A stretch of 64,000 nt of DNA from Chromatiales bacterium (GTDB lineage: Bacteria > Pseudomonadota > Gammaproteobacteria > SZUA-152). Every line of letters starts with the position of its first letter. The stretch's first letter is position 1. Of this stretch, positions 18,850 through 28,314 are shown piece after piece. The notes beneath the pieces are model-generated. The model had not been told where the DNA came from. It worked only from the letters and a program-made list of their open reading frames with translations, and searched no databases. The stretch is taken from contig JALVCE010000122.1 in assembly GCA_027010265.1 (NCBI GenBank), forward strand, positions 681 to 64,680. Reading direction: 5' to 3'. The position numbers and the translations under genes are program-made.

Positions 18850-18854
18850 CACAG
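18839..18854 (+). promoter_or_regulatory. LexA (SOS) box 1
   Basis: CTGTATATAATCACAG is a perfect CTGT-N8-ACAG, preceded by TA. Confidence 0.85.
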
Positions 18855-18869
18855 AAACTTTCATATTTA

Positions 18870-18885
18870 CTGTATGGATCGCCAG
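18870..18885 (+). promoter_or_regulatory. LexA (SOS) box 2
   Basis: CTGTATGGATCGCCAG is CTGT-N8-CCAG, one mismatch from consensus, 30 nt upstream of the lexA ATG. Confidence 0.65.
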
Positions 18886-18914
18886 TCAGTGGCGCGCACA
18901 TCGGGAGGCAGACA

Positions 18915-19520
18915 ATGCAAGGCTTGACCAAACGCCAGCAACAGGTGTTGGACATGATTCGTGACTTCATCGAGGAATACAACATGCCGCCCACCCGGGT
19001 GGAGATCGCCGAGGCCATGGGGTTTCGCTCCGCCAATGCGGCGGAAGATCACCTCAAGGCCCTGCTCAACAAGGGAGCCATCGAGATGTACGCCGGTTCC
19101 TCCCGCGGCATTCGCATTGTGGAGGACGAGGCACAGGGCCTGCCGGTGGTGGGCCGGGTGGCCGCAGGTAATCCTATTCTCGCCGAGGAGAATATTGAAG
19201 ATCACTACAAGGTGGATGCCGAGGTGTTTTACCCGGCGGCGGACTATCTGCTGCGGGTCAAGGGCATGAGCATGCGCGATGTGGGGATTCTCAACGGCGA
19301 CCTGCTGGCGGTGCACCGCACCCGGCAGGCCACCAGCGGACAGATCGTGGTGGCCCGGGTGGGCGACGAGGTCACCGTCAAGCGCTTCCGTCGCCGCGGC
19401 AACAAGGTGCGCCTGCTGCCCGAGAACGACGACTTCGAGCCCATCGAGGTGGACTTGCGCGACGAGGACTTCGCCATCGAGGGCCTGGCTGTGGGCGTGA
19501 TCCGCAACGAGGTGAAATAA
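18915..19520 (+). CDS. lexA: LexA repressor
   Basis: N-terminal wHTH ([16 protein letters not shown]..), AG cleavage site (VAAGNP), and the S24 catalytic region GMSMRD ... VTVKR. Confidence 0.95.
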   Translation: MQGLTKRQQQVLDMIRDFIEEYNMPPTRVEIAEAMGFRSANAAEDHLKALLNKGAIEMYAGSSRGIRIVEDEAQGLPVVGRVAAGNPILAEENIEDHYKVDAEVFYPAADYLLRVKGMSMRDVGILNGDLLAVHRTRQATSGQIVVARVGDEVTVKRFRRRGNKVRLLPENDDFEPIEVDLRDEDFAIEGLAVGVIRNEVK

Positions 19521-19687
19521 TGAAACTGGTCATGGGATATTTCACACCGGTAAGCCGCAACGCCAACCTCGAGGAACTGCGTATCTATCTGCAGGCCATT
19601 GCCCAGGTGCTGGGGCGGGCATTGCGCAAACGCCTTGGGCTGAGGAACAAGGCAAAGACACAGGCGCGCTACATCATTCGCTCCTGA
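19520..19687 (+). CDS. candidate 55-codon basic ORF translationally coupled to lexA
   Basis: Its ATG overlaps the lexA stop (TAATG). Product: [55 protein letters not shown]. Too short for the ORF track, and I recognise no homolog. Confidence 0.3.
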   Translation: MKLVMGYFTPVSRNANLEELRIYLQAIAQVLGRALRKRLGLRNKAKTQARYIIRS

Positions 19688-19731
19688 ATCCCGGGCGTAG
19701 GGCCAGCCCCGCCGGGTTGCCCTAGGGCCTG

Positions 19732-19948
19732 TTATTCATCGTCTCAAAATAATTGCTACCCGGTTATTTCCCCGTGTTGGAGCGCCTTTCCAGGCGCGAA
19801 TCGCGCCTGGAAAGGCGCTCCCACCGTATTTGGCATTGTATAAGCGTGCTATACGATCAGCTTACGTTCATTTACTGCCCCTTTTGGCGTTCCCGGGGTG
19901 ATGAATGGCCACCGATGTCTGTTAAACCAATTTTGAGACGCTTAATAA
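19732..19948 (+). mobile_element. MITE-like element, copy B
   Basis: Ends are TTATTCATCGTCTCAAAAT ... ATTTTGAGACGCTTAATAA (inverted). Central 21-bp-stem hairpin at 19779-19822. Confidence 0.8.
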
Positions 19949-20089
19949 CACTCATCATGTCAAGCCCATACTGGGCGCCTATTGTGTGTACACGTGTTGA
20001 CTCAATTCACGGCAATGTCTGCCGATATGGATTAAAATCCCCAAAAATTGCCTACCCTGGTCAGCTGGCCGGGCGGGAAAGGAGTCGGT

Positions 20090-20662
20090 GTGGAAATCTC
20101 AACCTTCATCATCATCGGCCTGTTGGCGGCCGTGTTGTTGTACGCCATCATGATCTACAACAACCTGGTGTCTCTGAAGCACAATGTCAGCAAGTCCTGG
20201 GCCAATATCGACGTGCTGCTCAAACAACGTCACGACGAACTGCCCAAGCTCATCGAGGTCTGCAAGCAGTACATGGGCTACGAGCAGGAGACCATGGAAA
20301 AGATCATGCAGGCCCGCTCGGCGGTGGCCAGTGCCCAGCAGTCCGGCAATATCGGCGCCCTGGGGACGGCGGAAACCCAGTTGCGCATGGGCCTGGGCGG
20401 TTTGTTTGCCCTGGCCGAGGCCTATCCGGATTTGAAGGCCGACCAGTCCTTCCAGCATCTGCAGACGCGCATCACCGGCCTGGAGAATGCCATCGCCGAC
20501 CGGCGCGAGTTCTACAACGAGGCGGTGAACCTCAATAACGTGCGCATCGAACAGTTCCCGGACGTGATCATCGCCAGCAAGTTCAATTTCAAGCCCGCCG
20601 AGCTGCTGGAATTCGATGAGGAAGAAACCAAGGACGTCAATGTCAAGGAATTGTTTGGTTAG
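20090..20662 (+). CDS. LemA family protein
   Basis: N-terminal TM, then the YNNLV..K..V...WANIDV.LKQRHDELP..I LemA signature. GTG start at 20090, 5 nt after GGAG; the track ORF begins earlier, at TTG 20048. Confidence 0.85.
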   Translation: MEISTFIIIGLLAAVLLYAIMIYNNLVSLKHNVSKSWANIDVLLKQRHDELPKLIEVCKQYMGYEQETMEKIMQARSAVASAQQSGNIGALGTAETQLRMGLGGLFALAEAYPDLKADQSFQHLQTRITGLENAIADRREFYNEAVNLNNVRIEQFPDVIIASKFNFKPAELLEFDEEETKDVNVKELFG

Positions 20663-20681
20663 CATTATCGCCCTGCGGACA

Positions 20682-20914
20682 TATTAGTCATCTCAAAATA
20701 ATTGTTACAGGGTTATTTCCTCCGTGTGGGAGCGCCTTTCCTGGCGCGAATCGCGCCAGGAAAGGCGCTCCCACCGTGTTTGGCAATGAATGTTTGGCAA
20801 TGAATAAGTGCGCTGGGATTAGGGTCTGTGATCACTCACTGACCCTTCAGGCATCCCAAAGGTGGCGAATGCTCACCGATGTCTGAAAAAACCAATTTTG
20901 AGACCCTTAATATT
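20682..20914 (+). mobile_element. MITE-like element, copy C
   Basis: Same ends and internal sequence as copy B. Hairpin 20727-20773 carries a compensated CCTGG/CCAGG swap. Confidence 0.8.
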
Positions 20915-20928
20915 ATGGGAACGCTGCG

Positions 20929-21849
20929 ATGGATCAATTACAAACCTGGGTCCTCAACCTCCCGGAAGGGAAATTCTATCTCTATTTATTGTTAGCCGTC
21001 GGTGCATCCGCCGCCGGTTTCATCTATGCCTTTATTTTCTTTCGCCGGGCGCGCGTCATCGAGGATACCCCTACGTCAAAGATCCGTTCCGCCGCCCAGG
21101 GCTATGTGGAACTGGCGGGGCGGGGCGAATTGCTGGAGGGCGACACCATCATCGCACCGCTCACCACGACACCCTGCACCTGGTATCGCTTCAAGGTGGA
21201 GCGGATTCATGACCGGCACACCACCACCGTAGCCTCCGGCACCAGTGAGGAACTGTTCGCCCTGGTGGGTGAAACAGGCCGCTGTGTTATCGATCCCGAG
21301 GGTGCCGCGGTCACCTGCAAGACCAAAAAGGTGTGGTACGAATACAGTTATCCCTCTACCAGTGGGGGCAGAGGGGGTGGCGGAATGTTTGGCCGCATGC
21401 GTGGGCGCTATCGCTACACCGAGGAGCGCATGCACCCCGGTGAACCCCTGTACGCCATCGGCATGTTTATGTCCGTGGGCGGTGGCGCCGAGTCATTCAA
21501 TACCGATGCCGAGGTGCGTGATGTTCTGAATCTCTGGAAGAAGAACCGCGCCGGCCTGCTGAAACACTTCGATGCCAACGGCGATGGCGAACTGGATATG
21601 CAGGAATGGCAAGCGGTGCGCAAGGCGGCCTATCAGCGGGTTCGCCGGGAGCAGGTGAAACGCAGCGCCCAGCCGCCCACCCACATCATGAAAAAACCCC
21701 AGCACGACAACCGTCCCTACCTGTTGTCGGTCTATCCCCAGGATGAATTGGTCAAACGCTACAAACGCATGGCCGCCGGCAGTCTGGCCGGGTTCTTTCT
21801 GGCGGGCGTGGCGGCAGTGTGGATGGCGACACTGCGGCTGATTGGCTGA
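20929..21849 (+). CDS. GIDE-like membrane protein with EF-hand loop
   Basis: N-terminal TM followed by RRARVIEDTPTSKIRSAAQGYVEL (GIDE/E3-ligase-like domain commonly found next to LemA). Canonical EF-hand loop DANGDGELDMQE and a C-terminal TM. Confidence 0.7.
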   Translation: MDQLQTWVLNLPEGKFYLYLLLAVGASAAGFIYAFIFFRRARVIEDTPTSKIRSAAQGYVELAGRGELLEGDTIIAPLTTTPCTWYRFKVERIHDRHTTTVASGTSEELFALVGETGRCVIDPEGAAVTCKTKKVWYEYSYPSTSGGRGGGGMFGRMRGRYRYTEERMHPGEPLYAIGMFMSVGGGAESFNTDAEVRDVLNLWKKNRAGLLKHFDANGDGELDMQEWQAVRKAAYQRVRREQVKRSAQPPTHIMKKPQHDNRPYLLSVYPQDELVKRYKRMAAGSLAGFFLAGVAAVWMATLRLIG

Positions 21850-21878
21850 ATATCTACCCGGCAATTGATGTTGTCGGG

Positions 21879-22073
21879 TTAACAATCGTTTCAAATTAGT
21901 TGTAACAGGGCGATTCGCGCCTGGAAAGGCGCTCCCACCGTGTTTGGCATTGTAATTATACTTGTATAAGCATGACGTGGTCAGAACGTTATGGGATAAC
22001 TTGCATTCACTTACTGCCATTTCAGGCGTTCCCAAGCTGGCGAATACCCGGTAAACCTGCTTTGAGTCCCTTA
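21879..22073 (+). mobile_element. MITE-like element, copy D (left hairpin arm deleted)
   Basis: Left end AATCGTTTCAAAT, right hairpin arm only (CGCGCCTGGAAAGGCGCTCCCAC), right end TTTGAGTCCCTTA. Overlaps the stop codon of the 22071-22724 gene. Confidence 0.7.
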
Positions 22074-22724
22074 AGAATAGTGCAACTGCCGGCCCAGTGT
22101 GAGGGTATACAAGAGGATTACCGGCACCTGCATGAGCATCACCACTGAACGATAAATCAGTGGCTCCGAACCCCGGCGATCAATCAGCCGATCAATGCGT
22201 TTTTCCAGTTGCAGTGAAAGCCACTTGGCAAGCGCGTGGGTGATAAAGGCGATGAACAGCAGGCTCAGCAGTGTGCCGTGATCGGGCCAGTAGTGGATGT
22301 CTGTGATGGAGTGGCTGTCCGCCAACCAGTGAAACACCATGCCAGACGCGGCGATCGCCTGCAGCGGCAGAACCACCGCCGGCCAACGACTGAAAAGCGG
22401 AACCAGCGGCAACAGCAGGGAGAGCAAAAAAACCACGTTTACCAGGCTGGTCAGGCGTAATTGCCCGCCCGCCAGCAAGGTGCCGATGGCGGGCGCCGAT
22501 TCCACGCCGAACAACACCGGATAGGCCACCAGGATAAAACACACCAGGGCCAGGGCCCGTGCGCCGGGCAGAATGGTATGGGCCACGAGCCAGTGTGAGG
22601 GCGGCACGTCGGCCACGACCAGCAACACCTTGTAGGCCACTACTTCCACCAGCACCGACACGAGGCCGAACACAGCCAGGGCAAACAACAACTGCGGGTG
22701 GAAAAGGGATTCGAAGAGAGTCAT
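22071..22724 (-). CDS. hypothetical polytopic membrane protein
   Basis: 217 aa with about 6 hydrophobic spans and no recognisable motif. Codon bias is consistent with coding. Confidence 0.55.
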   Translation of the reverse strand: MTLFESLFHPQLLFALAVFGLVSVLVEVVAYKVLLVVADVPPSHWLVAHTILPGARALALVCFILVAYPVLFGVESAPAIGTLLAGGQLRLTSLVNVVFLLSLLLPLVPLFSRWPAVVLPLQAIAASGMVFHWLADSHSITDIHYWPDHGTLLSLLFIAFITHALAKWLSLQLEKRIDRLIDRRGSEPLIYRSVVMLMQVPVILLYTLTLGRQLHYS

Positions 22725-22820
22725 GGGTCTTGTATGTTGTCAGTGGCCTTGGTGGATATTATGCGCGTCCCGGTTACCGTTTCGGCTACAATACGCCCAA
22801 GCTTTAAAGTGCCTGAATAC

Positions 22821-23669
22821 ATGCCTGAACCGACCTCTCCTTTTGAACTCCACCTGGCCGTTGAACATGCCGGTGTCACCGCTGTGGATATGCTGGCACA
22901 GGCCACGGGGCTGTCCAGGCAGCACATCAAGCAGGTGATGCAAAAGGGCGCGGTGTGGTTGGAGGAAAAGGGTGCCGGCAAACCCCGTCGCTTTCGGCGG
23001 GCAAAAAAAGCCCTGGCCGTGGGTGACAAGCTGCATCTTTATTACGATGCGGAGGTGCTTGCGGAAACCCCGGCGCAGCCACAGCTCATCGTCGATGAGG
23101 GTGCGTACAGCATCTGGTACAAGCCCTGCGGCCTGCGCTCACAGGGTTCGAAGTGGGGTGATCACTGCACGCTGCAGCGCTGGGTGGAACAGAACCTTAC
23201 GCCACAACGCCCGGCCTTCGTGGTACATCGCCTGGATCGCGCCGCCACGGGATTGATAATTATCGCCCACCAAAAAAAGGTCGCCACCGCCCTTGCCGGC
23301 TTGTTCGCAAAACGCGAGGTGGAAAAACGCTATCGCGTCATTGTCCACGGGCGGTTTGCCGCGGGCGCCTGGCCGCAGAAGATCGACTCGACCATCGATG
23401 GCCGGCCGGCATGCAGCTTCGCGCGGCTGCTGGAATACGATGCAGTTCGTGACCGATCCCTGCTGGAGGTGCGCATCGACACCGGGCGCAAGCACCAGAT
23501 ACGCAAACACCTGGCGGGCATCGGTTTCCCCGTGGTGGGGGATCGCTTGTACGGCCGGCAAGGGGATACAGAGGATTTGCAGTTGACCGCCTGTTATCTA
23601 GCGTTCATGTGTCCAGTCACCCAACAGAAAAAAATCTGGCAGTTCCCCGAACCATTATCAAAAAAGTAG
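22821..23669 (+). CDS. RluA-family pseudouridine synthase with S4-like N-terminus
   Basis: HRLDRAATGLIIIA catalytic motif, KRYRVIVHG and GRKHQIRKHL. Start set to ATG 22821 (MPEPTS...); the ORF is open from 22698. Confidence 0.8.
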   Translation: MPEPTSPFELHLAVEHAGVTAVDMLAQATGLSRQHIKQVMQKGAVWLEEKGAGKPRRFRRAKKALAVGDKLHLYYDAEVLAETPAQPQLIVDEGAYSIWYKPCGLRSQGSKWGDHCTLQRWVEQNLTPQRPAFVVHRLDRAATGLIIIAHQKKVATALAGLFAKREVEKRYRVIVHGRFAAGAWPQKIDSTIDGRPACSFARLLEYDAVRDRSLLEVRIDTGRKHQIRKHLAGIGFPVVGDRLYGRQGDTEDLQLTACYLAFMCPVTQQKKIWQFPEPLSKK

Positions 23670-23750
23670 GGTGGGCACGTAATTTGTGCCCACGCGTCAA
23701 CGATATCTCTCTACAAGATTGCGTGGGCACAAAAGACGTGCCCACCCTAC
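23666..23750. repeat. REP-like composite palindrome (GTAGGGTGGGCAC ... GTGCCCACCCTAC)
   Basis: Two GTGGGCAC-N-GTGCCCAC hairpins at 23666-23693 and 23723-23750, in inverted orientation. A degenerate relative lies at 8355-8400. Confidence 0.65.
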
Positions 23751-23779
23751 GGGGTTTTCGGGGCGTCGCGAATGACGGA

Positions 23780-24136
23780 TTATTTGTTGACGGTAATGGA
23801 GGCCTTTTCCACCAACAACGGGTACATGTATCCCATGCCAAAGTCGGTGCCCAGCACCACGGTACCGGTAACGGTGACGTTGTTGCCTACGCTGGCGGTC
23901 TGGTTGCTGGTGACAGTGAGGTCGTTGGTGCCCTGGCCACCGGTACCATCCTGAATGTGCAGAAAGTTGCGCCGCATGATGCCGTTGTTCACCTTCACCA
24001 CCTTACCGGTCACGGTAACCTGTTTGCCCTTGAGTTGTTGCATTTGCTGATTGACCTGTTCCACGGTCATCTCGGCGGCGAACAGGGATGCGCTGAAAAG
24101 CAAGCCCAGGGTCAAAGTGATCAGTTGTTTTTTCAT
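23780..24136 (-). CDS. small exported protein, OB-fold-like (hypothetical)
   Basis: Signal peptide MKKQLITLTLGLLFSASLFA followed by a beta-rich GKQVTVTGKVVKV ... VTVTGTVV pattern. Function unknown. Confidence 0.6.
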   Translation of the reverse strand: MKKQLITLTLGLLFSASLFAAEMTVEQVNQQMQQLKGKQVTVTGKVVKVNNGIMRRNFLHIQDGTGGQGTNDLTVTSNQTASVGNNVTVTGTVVLGTDFGMGYMYPLLVEKASITVNK

Positions 24137-24187
24137 GCTTGCTTCCTCTTGTTGTGGTGACTCGTGTCAGTGTGAATGATCGTTGGA

Positions 24188-27019
24188 CTACATGTTGCGG
24201 ATGCGCGCCAGCTGGTCCTCAAAGTTCTTCAGCGCGGTTTGCAGTTCGGCAATCTTGGTCCGTTCCTTTTCCACCACCGCTTGTGGGGCGCGTTCGACAA
24301 AATTGGGGTTGGAGAGCTTGGCTTCGATGCGTTTCACATCCTGTTGTTTCTTGTCGATCTCTTTGCCCAGGCGGGCGATCTCCGCCTCCTTGTCGATGAG
24401 CCCGGCCATGGGGATGAGTACCTGCATCTCACCCACCAGGGCGGTGGCGGATTCCGGCACTGGCTCGCCTACCTCGAGCACCTTGATGGACTCGGTGCGT
24501 GCCAGGAAATCGATGTAATGCTGGTTACGTGACAGCCGGGCCTTGTCCTCGTCGCTGGCATTGACCAGCAGCACCGGCAGCGGCTTGCCGGGTTTGATAT
24601 CCATGCCGGAACGAATCTGGCGCACGCCGACGATGAATGCCTTGACCCATTCCATTTCGTCGATGGCCGCCTGGTTCACTTCCTCCATTGCCGGGCTGGG
24701 ATAGGGCTGGCGCATGATGCTGAACACGGTGTCGGTGCTCTTCTCCACGCCGGCCAGCGGCGCAACGCGCTGCCAGATCTCCTCGGTGATGAAGGGCATC
24801 AGCGGGTGGGTCAGGCGCAGCAGGCTCTCCAGCACGCGCACCAGGGTCTGCCGGGTGCCGCGCAACTGCTCCGCGCTGCTTTCGTTACTCGTGAGCACCG
24901 GCTTGGAGAGTTCCAGGTACCAGGCGCAGTATTCGTTCCAGGTGAAGTCGTAAATGGCCTGGGCGGCATGGTCGAGGCGGTAGCCTTCCAGGGCTTCGAT
25001 GACCTGTTGTTCGGTCTGTTGCAGGCGGGCGCTGATCCATTGGTCTGCGGCGGACAGTTCGACGTTACCACCGTCGACTCCGCAGTCCTCGCCTTCCGTG
25101 TTCATCAGCACGTAATTCGCCGCATTCCACAGCTTGTTGCAGAAGTTGCGATAGCCTTCCACGCGGCCCAGGTCGAAGTTGATGTCGCGGCCGGTGGAGG
25201 CCAGGCTGGCGAAGGTGAAACGCAGGGCGTCGGTGCCGAAGGAGGGGATGCCGTTGGGGAAGTCCTTGCGCGTCTGCTTCTCGATCTTTTTCGCCATCTG
25301 CGGCTGCATCATGCCCGAGGTGCGTTTCTCCACCAGGGCCTCCAGGTCGATACCGTCGATGAGATCGATGGGGTCCAGCACGTTGCCCTTGGACTTGGAC
25401 ATCTTTTGCCCGTGGGAGTCACGCACCAGGCCGTGTATGTACACGTCGCGGAAGGGCACGTCGCCCATGAACTTCAGCCCCATCATGATCATCCGCGCCA
25501 CCCAGAAGAAGATGATGTCGAAGCCGGTGACCAGCACGTTGGTGGGGTAGAAGGTCTTTACCGTTTCCAGGTCGTCGGGCCAGCCCAGGGTGGAGAAGGG
25601 CCACAGCGCGGAGCTGAACCAGGTGTCCAGCACGTCCTCGTCCTGGCGCAGGGTCACGTTGTCGCCCAGGCCGTGCTTCTCGCGCACCTCGGCCTCGGAG
25701 CGGCCCACGTAGACGTCGCCCTGCGCGTCGTACCAGGCGGGGATGCGATGGCCCCACCAGATCTGCCGCGAGATGCACCAGTCCTCGATGTTGCGCATCC
25801 ACTCGAAATAGGTGTTCTTCCAGTTGTCGGGCACGAAGCGGATGTCGCCGTCTTCCACCGCCCTGATGGCGGGCTCCGCCAGCGGGCCCACCTTCACGTA
25901 CCACTGGTCGGTGAGGAAGGGCTCGATCACCGCGCCGGAGCGGTCGCCGCGCGGCACCATCAGCTTGTGGTCCTCGGTTTTTTCCAGCAGGTCGTTTTCG
26001 CCCAGCAGTTCGATCACCAGCTTGCGGGCCGCGAAGCGGTCCAGGCCGTGGAAGTCTTCCGGGATCAGCTCGCCGAACTCGTCATCGTCAGCGATGATTG
26101 CGGCATCCACGGTGAAGATGTTGATCAGCCCGCCGTTGGGCAGGGCGGCGATGGCGGTCTCGTCGCGATGGCGCTGCCAGACCTGGTAGTCGTTGAAGTC
26201 GTGGGCCGGGGTGATCTTGACGCAGCCGGTGCCGAACTCCGGGTCCACGTAGTCGTCGGCGATGATGGGGATGAGCCGCTCGGTGAAGGGCAGCTTTACC
26301 TTCTGGCCCAGCAGGTGGCTGTAGCGCTCGTCGTCAGGGTGTACCGCCACTGCGGCGTCGCCGAGCATGGTCTCCGGGCGGGTGGTGGCGACGATGAGGT
26401 GGCCGCTGCCGTCGGCCAGCGGGTAGCGCATGTGCCACAGGTAGCCGTTCTCCTCCTCGGAGAGCACCTCGAGGTCGGACACCGCGGTGTGCAGCACGGG
26501 ATCCCAGTTCACCAGGCGTTTGCCGCGATAGATCAGGCCTTCCTCGTGCAGGCGCACGAACACTTCCTTGACCGCGTTGGACAGACCCTCGTCCATGGTG
26601 AAGCGCTCCCGCGACCAGTCCAGGGACGAGCCCATGCGCCGCAGCTGGCGGGTGATATTGCCGCCGGATTCTTCCTTCCATTGCCAGATACGCTGGATGA
26701 AGGCCTCGCGCCCCAGATCGTGGCGGCTCTTGCCCTCGGCCTCCAGCTGGCGTTCCACCACCATCTGCGTGGCGATGCCGGCGTGATCGGTGCCCGGCTG
26801 CCACAGGGTGTTGTCGCCCTTCATGCGGTGATAGCGGATCAGGCTGTCCATCACCGTGTTGTTGAAGCCATGGCCCATGTGCAGGCTGCCGGTGACATTG
26901 GGCGGCGGGATCATGATGCAATAGGGCTGGCCCTCGCCAGAGGGCGCGAACAGGCCCGCCTGTTCCCAGGTGGTGTACCATTTCTGTTCGATGGCGTGGG
27001 GGTTGTAGGTCTTTTCCAT
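24188..27019 (-). CDS. valS: valine--tRNA ligase
   Basis: Start MEKTYNPH matches the E. coli ValS N-terminus. HIGH-type [14 protein letters not shown] (QKMSKSKGN) and a C-terminal coiled coil. The track start at 27028 adds three codons that lie inside the MITE end. Confidence 0.97.
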   Translation of the reverse strand: MEKTYNPHAIEQKWYTTWEQAGLFAPSGEGQPYCIMIPPPNVTGSLHMGHGFNNTVMDSLIRYHRMKGDNTLWQPGTDHAGIATQMVVERQLEAEGKSRHDLGREAFIQRIWQWKEESGGNITRQLRRMGSSLDWSRERFTMDEGLSNAVKEVFVRLHEEGLIYRGKRLVNWDPVLHTAVSDLEVLSEEENGYLWHMRYPLADGSGHLIVATTRPETMLGDAAVAVHPDDERYSHLLGQKVKLPFTERLIPIIADDYVDPEFGTGCVKITPAHDFNDYQVWQRHRDETAIAALPNGGLINIFTVDAAIIADDDEFGELIPEDFHGLDRFAARKLVIELLGENDLLEKTEDHKLMVPRGDRSGAVIEPFLTDQWYVKVGPLAEPAIRAVEDGDIRFVPDNWKNTYFEWMRNIEDWCISRQIWWGHRIPAWYDAQGDVYVGRSEAEVREKHGLGDNVTLRQDEDVLDTWFSSALWPFSTLGWPDDLETVKTFYPTNVLVTGFDIIFFWVARMIMMGLKFMGDVPFRDVYIHGLVRDSHGQKMSKSKGNVLDPIDLIDGIDLEALVEKRTSGMMQPQMAKKIEKQTRKDFPNGIPSFGTDALRFTFASLASTGRDINFDLGRVEGYRNFCNKLWNAANYVLMNTEGEDCGVDGGNVELSAADQWISARLQQTEQQVIEALEGYRLDHAAQAIYDFTWNEYCAWYLELSKPVLTSNESSAEQLRGTRQTLVRVLESLLRLTHPLMPFITEEIWQRVAPLAGVEKSTDTVFSIMRQPYPSPAMEEVNQAAIDEMEWVKAFIVGVRQIRSGMDIKPGKPLPVLLVNASDEDKARLSRNQHYIDFLARTESIKVLEVGEPVPESATALVGEMQVLIPMAGLIDKEAEIARLGKEIDKKQQDVKRIEAKLSNPNFVERAPQAVVEKERTKIAELQTALKNFEDQLARIRNM

Positions 27020-27020
27020 G

Positions 27021-27250
27021 TTATTCATTGTCTCAAAATAATGGCTACAGGGTTATTTCCCCCGTGTGGGAGCGCCTTTCCAGGCGCGATTCGCGCCTGG
27101 AAAGGCGCTCCCACAGTATTTGGCATACTGTATTTGGCAATGAGTAAGTGCGCTATGGGATTGGCTTGCATTCACTCACTGCCCCTTCAGACATTGCCAG
27201 GGTGATGAATGCTCACCGATGTCTGTTAAACCCATTTCGAGACCCTTACT
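27021..27250 (+). mobile_element. MITE-like element, copy E
   Basis: Full-length copy with hairpin 27067-27113 (loop ATT instead of AAT). The left end abuts the valS start codon. Confidence 0.8.
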
Positions 27251-27393
27251 ATGGGAATCATCAAAAAGGCTGCGCAAAGGGGCGCATTATACCTTGGCGC
27301 ACGCGCTAAAAGCAGCCTATTCTGGGTGCGGGGAACTAATTGTGTGCTGTGGAAAACACTGTGTACTGCGGGAACAAAAGGCAAGGGGGAACA

Positions 27394-28314
27394 ATGACGG
27401 ATTTGCTGGCGAGCCTGAACGCTGACTTTGGCCTTGAGGGCCACGTGCACTTTCAGGCGGGGGAAAACGGCCTGCACATGGCCAGGATAGACAACGACCT
27501 GGCCACGGCGGAGGTCTATTTGCATGGCGGAAACATCACGGCGTTTCAGCCCCATGGCAGTGATCCGCTGCTATGGCTGAGCCCCCTGGCGCAATTCCAA
27601 ACGGACAAGGCCATTCGCGGTGGGGTGCCGGTGATCTGGCCCTGGTTCGGCCCGCACTCCGTGGATTCGCACAAGCCGCAGCATGGTTTTGCGCGCACGG
27701 CATCGTGGCAGGTCAGCCATGCCGGGGCGCTGGCTGATGGCAGTACCCAATTGCAGTTAGACCTGCGGGATACATCTGCGACACGCACACTATGGCCCCA
27801 TGCTTTTGCGTTGGAGCTAGTGTTTACCGTGGGCACGGAACTGCGCATCGAGCTCACCAGCCGCAACACGGGTGATCAGCCCTTCACCGCCGGTGCGGCC
27901 CTGCATAGTTATTTTGCGGTGGGCGATGTGGAACAGGTGGTTGTGGAGGGGCTGGCGGACTGTGAGTATATCGATAAACTGGATGCCGACCGGCGCAAGA
28001 GGCAGGAAGGCCTTGTGCGGATTCACGCAGAAGTGGACCGGATTTATCTCAAGACAGAGAATAGCTGTGTGATTCACGATCCCCTGATGGCGCGGCAGAT
28101 TCACATCGAGAAAGGCGGCAGCCGTTCCACGGTGGTGTGGAATCCCTGGGCGGACAAGGCTGAGGCCATGGCGGATTTTCCCGATCAGGGCTTTCGGCAA
28201 ATGCTGTGTATCGAAACGGCGAATGCCGCGGATGACGTTCGCATCCTGGCGCCCGGTGATGCCCACACGCTCAGCCAACGCATTTCCCTCCATCGCGAGG
28301 TGCCCCGGCAATGA
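27394..28314 (+). CDS. D-hexose-6-phosphate mutarotase (aldose 1-epimerase family, YeaD-like)
   Basis: IRGGVPVIWPWFG, HGFAR, and the C-terminal VVWNPW ... CIE motifs. Start trimmed to ATG 27394. Confidence 0.85.
   Translation: MTDLLASLNADFGLEGHVHFQAGENGLHMARIDNDLATAEVYLHGGNITAFQPHGSDPLLWLSPLAQFQTDKAIRGGVPVIWPWFGPHSVDSHKPQHGFARTASWQVSHAGALADGSTQLQLDLRDTSATRTLWPHAFALELVFTVGTELRIELTSRNTGDQPFTAGAALHSYFAVGDVEQVVVEGLADCEYIDKLDADRRKRQEGLVRIHAEVDRIYLKTENSCVIHDPLMARQIHIEKGGSRSTVVWNPWADKAEAMADFPDQGFRQMLCIETANAADDVRILAPGDAHTLSQRISLHREVPRQ

Noticed and set aside
19753-20538. 261-aa plus-strand ORF.
   Set aside because: It starts inside MITE copy B and then reads lemA out of frame. The LemA frame has the family signature and a GGAG-spaced GTG start.
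24806-27205. 799-aa plus-strand ORF.
   Set aside because: It is antisense to valS, whose product has unmistakable class I synthetase motifs (HMGH, KMSKS). Its C-terminal part runs through a MITE copy (..GSAFPGAIRAWKGAPT..).
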